Shown piece by piece: positions 26,801 to 38,800 of a stretch of 64,000 bases of DNA. Location of the stretch: NCBI GenBank assembly GCA_965235115.1, contig OZ249436.1, positions 43,898,001-43,962,000 on the forward strand, in the 5' to 3' direction. The first letter of the stretch is position 1; every line of letters begins with the position of its first letter. This DNA is from Laetmonice hystrix (lineage: Eukaryota). The notes beneath the pieces were generated by a model, which saw only the letters and a list, made by a program, of their open reading frames with translations, was not told where the DNA came from and made no database searches. The position numbers and the translations under genes are program-made.

Positions 26801-29800
26801 AATAGTCTGCGTCTGGCACTCGTATGCATATCAAATAGGTATCAAGACATGCACACGTGAGGGCGCTCACGTCCCAATTTTGCTGGACGGTTTTCAAAAT
26901 ATCTGTTTATGTTCACTAAAATAAATTTTACAGACGTGTAATGTCTATCAATATTTAAGGTTTAATCTTTACCTAAGACCTGTAGTACTTGAATACTTTT
27001 AATTTTGTCGGAACTCTGTTTTTATCCTAGCATAACGTTGAGTGTATGTGCGACCTGGAAGGGGAAAGCAATTAGCACCTATAGAAATGTACGGAACTAG
27101 CGAGGCAGCGGTCTCCACGTTCGGTCGTAGTCTGGAAACAGACGCTGTTGAAAACCTGACAGTACGAAGAGTTCGGCTCGGTTGGTGTGTCCACTTGGAG
27201 AGGTGAGGGTGTAACTCGGAGATAGGTGGACACAACTCTTCTAAAGGGATCTAGAAATAGAACCCCTAACCCGTCAGTGGCCTCAATCTGCGGCAAGGTT
27301 CCAAATCAGTTGTCTCTCAATGGGTTATCGTGTGTTCTCCAGACGCCATCGAACCGACGAGACGTCTTCGAACGGTATAGGACTTGGACCAAGTCTCAAG
27401 GATCAGTTCCCCTTTTTTAGGTACTCTCAATTTTTAGTTACACTCAGCTTGATACAAGTGATAATAAAAGTGTTTTGAGACACTCTAGTCCCAGAACTTG
27501 ATTCCCCCGTGATCATCTCAGGTGCCATCGGTCGCTGGAATAGTTCACAATACACACAGTATTTTGACCCAAGCTTCTGAGTCCCGATTCTCTGTGGCAG
27601 TCTAAGCATAAATCAAGTATATAACTTGAAAACTATTGTGATCTTATCGCTTGTTGTATCGTGATACGTATCGTATCATGGCACAAGTGTATCGTTTCTG
27701 CCCTACTAAATCCGATGAAAGAAATCGATTTTTTTAATCGATCTCTTGCAGACCGGCAGAAGACAATACCTTTAGAAGGTCTTCCGATATCTTGCCCCAG
27801 CTGAACACCTCAGACTCTTTGGCTCAGCGACCAGTTCAAAGACGTCTTTCGGGCTTAGTGAAACGCACCCAAGGTGTCAATATCAGGGTCAATATGGGGG
27901 ATCTATAGGCCCAATATTAATTTTGTTTAAATTTGAAATCCTTGGGGGGCAGTTGCCCCCATTGCCCCCCCCCCAGGCTACGGCCCTAGACAGGTCGAGC
28001 GCCGAAGGAGCGAAGCCTTGCTATAGGGGGTCCGGGACACCCACGAATTTTTTTTTAAATTAAGGTTCAATTTGGTGCATTTCTGGAGCAAAAAATGCTG
28101 TATGAAATTAAATGTCAAAAGTGACCAGCAAAAAAAAAAACAGAAAAAAAAAACAGGCTCGAAGGAGGGTGGCTAGCCACCCTATTCACCCCCCCCCCCC
28201 CCGATCCGCCCCTGCAACAATGGTCCTTTGAAAAGGCAGCTAGCATGAGAGGCCATAAAGTGAAATTTAAATGGAAAAAGTCCAGACTTCAACAAAACCA
28301 CGAAAGAAGAACAGATAGGGGGCCTATACGTCTAGGCCTAGCCTAGCCTAGCCTACTGGCTTACCAGTGAGTCACAGTACTCAGTACATCGCAAAAATTA
28401 ATGAAAATATTTTTATTTACGTTATGGTGCTGGATGCCCGCTTAGCCTACACCCAGTACCACGATTTACACATTCTTCTTTCTTATTATAAGATTAAACC
28501 ACCTCTAGAATGTCTTTACTGTTGCCCCCCCCCCCCATAGGCCTATTTATAAAATGGCCGCATGGCTCAATGCAAAAGCATAGGCCTAAGTCATTATGAC
28601 GTCACTTCTGCCCCCCCCCCAATATTTCTTTCCTTCCTACACTACTGGAAGCCATTGACGCCATTGAAGCCAAGGTGTGTTGTTGTACGATCATCATAAT
28701 GATGTTCATCAATGTCATGCTTGTCACTACAGCCATTCTTGCGTTTTGCACGCCTACAGGTAGCCCCAAGGCCTTTTATTCTCCTCAAGCCATTCTAGCT
28801 GTCTATTATCCATTATTTCCAAAGTGAGACTGTGACGTCAGTCCCGTAGAAGATCGACATACTCCATAAGGACGGTCGGTAGGGGGAGACTGTAGATGCC
28901 GTCGGGCGCCACCTGGTGCTGGAAGAGAACATCTCTGATGGCATGTCGGGCCAGGTGTTTGAGAGACGACGGCGTGTTCCGTCCCTCATCCCATAACAAC
29001 CACAACCCTACCTCTGGCCATATCAGGGTCATCGGCAACATGTCGGGCGAGATCTCCTCATACAGTAGCTCGTCTGTTGACCGGTTCCTTTGTAACGGCT
29101 TCACGTAAAGTTGTCGACAAGCCCGCCGAAAGAACCGCACGATTTTCAATTCAAATGTTTCCTCAACGTCTGGCGTGTCGAGATTGAATTCGATGGTGAA
29201 GGTGCTGTACCAGAGGTAGAGGGCGCATGGGTAGGCGCCATGACGGAGTAGATTAAGTACAAAGTGCTCGTCCCTGTAAGTGTAGATGGCTTCACTCAGC
29301 AGGCCAGGCACTGACTGCTGCTGGTCATGAGCTGACTGGAGGCTCAGGAACGGCCGTTGTTTGAGAAACACGTCAGGGGGACCATTGCGTCGGTCCTGGA
29401 AAAACACGTTGTCATCAGCAACCAGCCACCCTGAGACGTGCCTCAGGACAAACTTCTGGCTGTCCCTCCGTGCGATCCACTGCCGATCTGGATCGCGGAT
29501 ATAAAACAGCTGGTAGGGGATACAACCTGTCACGGCAAATATCAGGTACAACACGTTACGAACTCCAAGGGTATTGTCGTATCCCCGGGCAACGAGTATA
29601 TCCATGAGATGTAGCAAGGAGTAGTGGCAACAAAAACTGGCATGCGCTGCTTTCTTCACATACTGTTGGATTTCGTCATCAGTGAGGTACTCGATGATGT
29701 CACCGAACGAGGCCTCAAAGATTATCAGTCCCACCGAGTGTACTACGTCATATACCAACAGTTCGAAGTCGAATGAATCCTGGGCCTTGGAGGCAGCTTT

Positions 29801-32800
29801 GGTTAGCTTCTTACAGAGTCGTTGCTGGACCTTGCGTGTCGATCTGTTCCATCTAAATCTGCTGTTACAGTGATTCCAGGCATCGAAAAATGAAAAGGAT
29901 CTCCAAAAACGGTCCCTGCGCAGCCCACATAACCATTTGTATGTCAGGTTCAAGGATGACGATGACATTCTGCCCTAGGCCAGGGCCTTCATTCAACGGC
30001 CCTCGTGTTGCAGTGTTGTAGGTATGTGGGCTTCAGAATTTTGGCCACATCGCTCGTATCGACGGCAACAGTCCGCTTTATTACGACATAATGTACAAGT
30101 GTAACATCACAAAGGCTGACCGCTTTGTCTTTTTACGCTTGTGACGTAACAGTCGAGGGGCGTACGTTGGGACGCTTGTGATGTAACAAGCACAACTATG
30201 GGAACTATTGCCATGACGTCACAATCATTACTTGTGTGCCCTTATTTTATATTATAGGAATAGTGAACGGTTTAGGATGCGTTAGCGGTGAGATAGGGCA
30301 CGACGGCCGAGGAGGCCCAGGCTGGCGCAGCCAGCCGGGGGCCTCCGAGGCCGAGTGCCCTATCTCACCGCTAACGCATCCTAAACCGTTCACTATTCCT
30401 GTTATGAAATGGCCTCACATTAACAAACAAGAATTTAGACTAATAACAATATTTGTTACCGTTTACGCCTACCATACCATCGTCACCTACTTCCGAAACG
30501 TGAGGCATGAATGACCTAATTCCCCACTGCAAGACCCTTCCTTTTTAGTTAATGCCAAAACGTCACAATTGTCACAATTAAACGTCACAATTGTGACGTC
30601 ACTGATGACGCTGTTTTCGCTTTGTTTAGTCATGGAGCGACACAATGGCATTATCCATTGTCAAGTCTACGTTCGATTCCGTGATCTATCGGTAGGATAG
30701 ATCACGTTACTATGGTGAAACGTAATTACATATGCATGGCCCGGGCCGCTACATTTATGCATTCTCCTACCGCAAGCGCAGTATCGCCGGAAGTAGTCAG
30801 AGTGACATTTATGTACGCTGGCCGGAACATGTGTTTTCGTTTGTGACGTTGCGGGACCGGATAGTGCACGGCCAGCCATTGAAACAATGAATATTGGCAA
30901 TCTCGCATTCTCCTACCGCAGCGCAGTATCTATGACTATGGTAGAGGTAATCTCTATCTCTGCAGCTATGGTTACTACTGTACTAGGAGTTGTCCGAGTG
31001 ACGAGTCAGTGTACCAGTGGACCACAGACGAGAAAACGAGAAACTGGCCCCACGGTAAGCTCTACATCCACAGTAATATCGGGTGGATAAAAAAAAACGC
31101 CCCGAACTTTAAACTTTAATATTTCAATAACTGTGCATTATAATTCAATAAAATTTCTCTTAATATAACTTCATGATATTATCTCTTGTATGTTAAAGTT
31201 TCAGCTCAATAGCTTTGATATTAATCCCGTGGCGCTAAAAACAAAAATCAGTGTCTAAAAACACAATGCCGGAATTAGGTCAAATATCATGCAGCTGCCA
31301 GGTGTCCAATTTGACACCTGTTTGATGCACCACATTGTACCTTGGGTAAAAAAGTTTTCAATATTTAGTTTTTGCATGTTTTACAATATGTAAAATGTTG
31401 TGAACCACTAGATATAATAAATTATGTGCTATTCCTAGTACTTCTAGAGAAACCCAGATGTTTAATTTGCCAAACCCTACAGAGAAACTGCAACATTAGG
31501 ACGATATGACTGTAACCAGAAGTTTAAGGGAAATCGTATCATTATCACGTTTAGCAACACGTTCAGAACGCTGCTTATTTCCCAATAATGGGAAGATAAT
31601 TCCCTATCAGAGATCAGAAAGTGCATTGGCGCATGTAAAAAGAGACTGAGAGCAGTATGAAGTGAAAACGGGGGACCGATTGACCACCTACTCTAGTGTG
31701 AGGCCAGGGACTCTGGTGCGACTACCACTCGCTTTAGCCCGGCATTGCGCTTTTGTACAATGATTTTTGTTTTTAGCGCTACGGAAATATTATCTAAGCT
31801 ATTGAGTTGTAACATTAACAACTAAGAGACAACATCATGAAGTGATAGTAAGAAAAATTTCGTTGAATTACAATCAATACTTTTTGAAATATTGGAGTTT
31901 AAAGTTCGGGGCGTTTTTTTTTATCCACCCGATATATATATTTGACTTACTTTCTTGTGCTGCAAACTTTGAACTCTACGATGAGGTGGATTCCGAAGAA
32001 GAGGGCGCCCTCGACTCCCATGGTGAGGAAGTGATAGAAGAGCATATCTTCAGAGAAAGGACTGATGTAGAAATCTACGCCTAGTCCTCCCAGAATGTTT
32101 GTAATGATCTGATTGTAAGCGAGCTTGACAAGCGAATCCCCGAGACAGAACTGGGGGAAGATGAGGAACGCCCGCGTTAGGACCATCCTCGCCAGCACGA
32201 TATACTGGAACGAATAAAAACAGAGATAACTTAAAAAAAAAACCATTTTCTTCTAACGAATCCACACAAAACTAGAGCCTACATGTAGATATAGAAATGG
32301 GGGGTCAAACATCTAGATATAAAAAAGCGGATAGATAGGCCTACCACAGGGTAGCGAATGACCTGCATGACCTCTGCGGTGGACCACCATTTGAAATTTT
32401 GAAAATGATCTAAAACTGTAGGCCTATAGATCGTCCATTATGCCGCTCCAGTTTGCTAATTGTTGAGTGCGAGTATTTGGTCGTTACCTCGAGTCCGTTG
32501 AAGATTGGCGTGGAGAGGAAGAAGATACAAGCAGTAGTGTTGATTCCGATACAAAGGTTGATAATAAAGGCCGCCACGTATCCCACAGTCGGATTAGTAA
32601 ACCACCGTGACAGGAGATACATCAACGGGATTGTGGCCCATCTACAACACACAACATCACAGAAAACATTGAATACAAAAACATAACACCGGAAACATTG
32701 AATACAAAGATACAACACACAACATCACAGAAAACATTGAATACAAAAACACAACACAACACCACGGTCCACCGGAAACATTGAGTACAAAAGCACAACA

Positions 32801-35800
32801 CAACACTGCCGGAAACATTGAATACAAAAACACAACACACAACACTACTGGAAACATTGAATACAAAACACAACACCACCGGAAACATTGAATACAAAAA
32901 ACAAAAATACAAACTTAACGGGGTCTTAAAAAACTGGAGGGGACTAGTTTTTCATAGTATAGGCCTATAGATATCAAGTTGCAAAAATGTCGACAGAAGT
33001 TATATTATTATAGAAGGCCCTATGGGAGGTCGCATATAATTCGTGCGCAAAATCATCGGAGATATGTTATCCAATAGCGAGATATCCGCTAAAAAATAAC
33101 TGAAATAAACTAAAAGTGTATGGAGAGACGAACTTACCCAAAGAGTACGAGCATGGTTGCCAAGGTAACAAGGTTTAGTCTGGCTGTATAAACCGGTTGG
33201 TTGAAGCTGGCTGCTATGATGACGGTAAGTCCAACCGTCATGCAGTATGTCAACTGGTAACAAAGGCAAATCGTTCTTGTATACATTGTATTAGTATTTT
33301 TATATTATTGTCTAACATTGAGCTTTGAAGTAAATTAGCATTTTGTAAGTAATTGGATATATTCCTACACTTCAATGATAGAAGCGTTCATGGGAACGAC
33401 TTGAACCAGCTCCTTACCATGTCCCAGAGCAGGGCACTGAACCAGTAGAGAGTCGTGCCCACCCCACAGATAAACTGCAGCCGTTTCTCCTGACGGATTC
33501 TCTCATTGATCACGTAAACAATGTAGGAAGCCGGTACGAAACAGTACGCAATCAGGATAGTCAGCGCTACTCCAGTGTCTGAGAAACTCATCAACCTGTT
33601 GGAAACAACAGATCAGGGGGCGTCATACTACAACCTATAGGTGTACTTAACATAGCACTAGGCATATACATGTATTAGTGAATCCAGAGAGAACACCATT
33701 TAAAAATCTTTGTATAAAATGCCACTTACAGTCCATTCCGAGATAAGGGCCACTCGGTTGCGTTGAATGGCTGATTATACACCGTGATACCTGGAAAAGT
33801 GCAGTAGACATTTAGATTTAAATTTACTTATTGCGGCCCACTGAAGTTTGTCAAGCGATTTACATTTATTTTGAAAAACGCCATATATTTAGAAATAAAT
33901 CAAAATGGAATAATAAATATCTAAGGAAAACGCCTGGTCTGCCTGTACGTGTACACAGGGACAATACAGGAACCATGGGTTTAGTTTCTGCATAATAAAA
34001 TTAAGTTTATAAGATTTTCATTTTTTTTGTTCTGTTTACCGATATTTTCCTAGCGTGTTTGGATTGGTAATGTAATGTATTTATGTATATTTCCATCTTT
34101 AATTGTTTAATTATTGTCCATCCGTTTATAAACTGCGTCAAGGGTGTTTCTGGTGTTTAGAATGGCTCTGCAAAGTACAAGTGCTGACATACAGCGCCGA
34201 GTTTTAATAAGAGCAGTTACCATATTTCTCGGGTACAGCATCCTTGAATGCTGGGTCGCTCTGCTTCATCTGGATATTGGCCCGTAGCACCATGTTATTG
34301 AGGGCGTTGTAGTAGGTGGGCAGGGCATGCAGACCTTTATTGTTGAACCATACCGTAGCTGTCGTCTGCCGTTTCTTGACGTCAAACGTCCAACCGCCGA
34401 ACTGTCCGCCGGTCCTGCAGGGGAAGCAATAACGGAAACTGTTAACAACGCGTAACAGAGGTTTGATTGGTCAATCAGAAGCCTTTTAAGATTTTAGGTT
34501 TTGACGAAATGGGCCCTGGTATATAAAAGTGCAAACTACGTGTCCATTACTTTGTTATACAGAGAAAATCTACATCTTACATGACATAATATCGACTTAG
34601 TCGCTGTAGCTTTTTAGCATTTCTGCAAGTTTTTTTTTTTTTTTTTTTTTTTTTTGGGGGGGGGGGGGGGGGCGAAGAACTCACTTATAGTTCTTGAACT
34701 GGTCGAATGTTTTCAGCAGGAACTGGCTGGTATTCAGGTGGTGCGAGGTGAGATTGTAAAGTCGATCCTTAGAGGGAGTGATGAGCTTGGGAGGCGGTCT
34801 GCCTGCAGCGCCTACTGGACAGGTCTGAGAGCCAAACGAACAGAGACACTTTGGAGGGTCAGCATACAGTCGCTTCAGGTTTTCTCCTATCAGTGGTTCC
34901 TGGAACACTAGCTGGTTCCCGTCCAGACAGTCGCTTTGATTTCTGGAATCACAACAATAGAACGGTCACACGAGAATCAGAGAGCACGGCACGGACGTAA
35001 GGAGAGCCTTGTATACGATATTGCACAATTCAAAAACAAAAAAGTGAATAAACACAAGTTAACAGCACGACTAGGTGTGTTGAACAAATAACAAACGTTT
35101 TTAATTACAGTAATGGGTTTTTCGGCATGCATGCTGTTCCAATTCCAGGAAGATACAAATACGATTTTTCCATTTCGGTTGCAAGTGGTGTTGAGTGGTC
35201 AATCCTTAAAATAGAGCAAAACGGAATTCACATGTAAAATATGTATACAGTCCTGCTCATAATACATTGATTGATTTTTGTCCTATGTTTAGGTAGAATG
35301 ATTGGTTTTTGTCTTATGTTCAGGTAGATTTTTCCTGCCTGAGTTGTTTTTTCTTAATGCCCCCAAATCTTAGGAAAGTCTGCCTTTACATAATTTAGAA
35401 GTCGTTTTATCGACGTCTGCCCGTATACTTCTCACAATGTCGAAAACCTCCATGACAAAAGCCTACCTGTAGAATATTTCGCTGTTGGGGCCATAGATAG
35501 AAGCATCCAGCTGGTGGGGCGCAATGTAGCCGGGCTTAGGTCGGAAGAGACCCGAGAACATAGCAATCATGACGAATATGGCAGGGAGGACGACCTGCGA
35601 CACGTGACTGCGCAGATCTCGTCTGTTGTGGTGGAACCTTTTATAGAGCAAGGCCTTGAACTGGAGCAGTTTCAGAGACACACCACGGATCCGATAACTG
35701 CTACTCATGTTGAAACCATCCACGTTTATCAGGGTGTCATCTGGAACCAAATATTACACTCATTCAATGCAGCCGTTTACGATTCTGGACAGAAATTGCC

Positions 35801-38800
35801 AGAACTATTCTTTTCGTAATGTGTATACGTTAACGATTCTGGACAAAAACTGCCGGAACTATTCTTTTCGTAATGTATATACGTTAACGATTCTGGACAA
35901 AAACTGACAGAACTATTCTTTTCGTAATGTGTATACGTTAACGATTCTGGACAAAAACTGCCGGAACTATTCTTTTCGTAATGTATATACGTTAACGATT
36001 CTTGACAAAAACTGACAGAACTATTCTTTTCGTAATGTGTACGTTAACGATTCTGGACAAAAACTGCCGGAACTATTCTTTTCGTAATGTGTATACGTTA
36101 ACGATTCTTGACAAAAACTGACAGAACTATTCTTTTCGTAATGTGTACGTTAACGATTCTGGACAAAAACTGCCGGAACTATTCTTTTCGTAATGTGTAT
36201 ACGTTAACGATTCTTGACAAAAACTGACAGAACTATTCTTTTCGTAATCTGTACGTTAACGATTCTGGACAAAAACTGCCGGAACTATTCTTTTCGTAAT
36301 GTGTATACGTTCACGATTCTTGACAAAAACTGACAGAACTATTCTTTTCGTAATGTGTATACGTTAACGATTCTTGACAAAAACTGACAGAACTATTCTT
36401 TTCGTAATGTATATACGTTCACGATTCTGGACAAAAACTGCCAGAACTATTCTTTTCATAATGTGTACGTTAACGATTCTGGACAAAAACTGCCAGAACT
36501 ATTCTTTTCGTAATGTATATACGTTAACGATTCTGGACAAAAACTAGAGGAACTATTCTTTTCGTAATGTGTATACGTTAACGATTCTGGACAAAAACTG
36601 ACAGAACTATTCTTTTCGTAATGTGTATACGTTAACGATTCTGGACAAAAACTGCCGGAACTATTCTTTTCGTAATGTATATACGTTAATGATTCTGGAC
36701 AAAAACTGCCGGAACTATTCTTTTCGTAATGTGTATACGTTAACGATTCTGGACAAAAACTGCCGGAACTATTCTTTTCGTAATGTATATACGTTAACGA
36801 TTCTGGACAAAAACTGCCGGAACTATTCTTTTCGTAATGTGTATACGTTAACGATTCTTGACAAAAACTGCCGGAACTATTCTTTTCGTAATGTATATAC
36901 GTTAACGATTCTGGACAAAAACTGCCGGAACTATTCTTTTCGTAATGTGTATACGTTAACGATTCTTGACAAAAACTGACAGAACTATTTTTTTCGTAAT
37001 GTGTCTACGTTAACGATTCTGGACAAAAACTGCCGGAACTATTCTTTTCGTAATGTGTATACGTTAACGATTCTGGACAAAAACTGCCGGAACTATTCTT
37101 TTCGTAATGTGTATACGTTTACATCATCAGATTGTATTGTTCAATACAACGTCGCGACACTGTGAGCATAAACTGGATGAAGCTGTTGTTTACGTAAATA
37201 CTGCTTATAGGTACTATTCTTTTCGTAATGTGTTTTCTGGACAAAAACTGCAGGAATGTGTATAGGACCTACGTTAACGATTCTGGACAAACACTGCAGT
37301 AACTATTCTTTTCGTAATGTGTCTACGTTAACGATTCTGGGGCCCGTTTCTCATCTCCTTATTGTGCGTTATCTGCTGGCTTGTCGTAAACTTAGAAATT
37401 AACGACAAGGTCTACGATACCCGTTTCTCATCCCTTTTCGTGCGTTAGCTTGTCGTGCGCTTGCATAGCGCTGTTGCTAACGTCACAAATTTCTCAGCGG
37501 AGAACAATACATCATCAGATTGTATTGTTCAATACAACGTCGCGACACTGTGAGCGTAAACCGGATGAAGCTGTTGTTTACGTTTACTGCTTATAGATAC
37601 TTTTCGTAATGTGTATACGTTTTCTGGACAAAAACTGCAGGAAGTATTCTTTTCGTAATGTGTATACGTTAACGATTCTGGACAAAAACTGCTGGAACTA
37701 TTCTTTTTGCAGTGTACACACGATTGTTACAACGAAAACACTACTACCAAAAGGCATGTAAATGAAGTATCAGAAAGTCCTTTTGACATAGCCAGAAATT
37801 GCTTTTTAAGTCACAGGCAGATTATTCATAATGACCCAAGAATGGAAAAATATTGGTCCAGTTCGTTTACGAACAGAAGAGGTACCACTTTGCTACAAGT
37901 TAATTAGGTAGCACTGTATTCTTACCATCTTTACTGCCCTTGTAGCTGGTTGACGAGCTGTTGCCTGAATATGAACTGTCAGATTCGGAGGTCATCATCG
38001 TGTCCAGTGAACTACGACTTGAGCGGCTGTATCCGCTGGCGCTACGACCTGTGCGACTTGTGGATGTGCTTGAAGTTGAGCGGTTTGAGCTGCTCCCTTC
38101 GCTCGTGTTCAAACTGTCGTCATCGCTCGCTCCGTCTGAATGGACGTGTTCCGGAATATAACTCTCCGCCATGCTTTCAGCCAGCGAGGCGTTGTCCCCG
38201 CTTCCTTTCAGCACCCAGGCACGCAGTCTGTCGGGGTTCAACGATTTACCCTGCTCGGCTCTCTTAGTCACCTTCAGGAACACCTACAGAATGCAGAAGT
38301 TCGTAAGTCTTTGATTGTTGACAGTTATACCAAACACATTGATAAAAGGTTTCAAAGTTTTCATTCCAATACAGCTGAATTGGTTCTGATACGAATTGGA
38401 ATATCCTTGGAAGAAAAATGAAAGGAACAAACAACGAAACACCAAAGAAACCAAACAACTCGGACCTCTTCTAGTGTGCTGTTGGCGACGCCGTATTTGT
38501 CGATGCCCAGTTTCGACCGCTCGGCATCCAGTTTGGCGAACAGAGATTTGAAACGTTTCGATTGTCCCCTGTTAGTGGGCAATACGATCGTCACTTCCGT
38601 TCCAATCTCCTCCACGAGACGAGCACGCGGAACCTTTTCCTTGATGAACCGAAGAACCTTGTTCGTGTTCCAACCTTTAGAGTAGAAAACCTAAGCGTAA
38701 CGATTGCCAGGAAATGGGGGAAATTGATGGTATAGGAAATTGATGGTATAGAAATAATTCTTCAGACTTTTTCTTATAAGGTAGATATTATAAGGGGAAG

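Noticed and set aside
36623..36979. ORF with [18 protein letters not shown] repeats
   Set aside because: Translation of the 54-bp satellite; neighbouring units carry stops.
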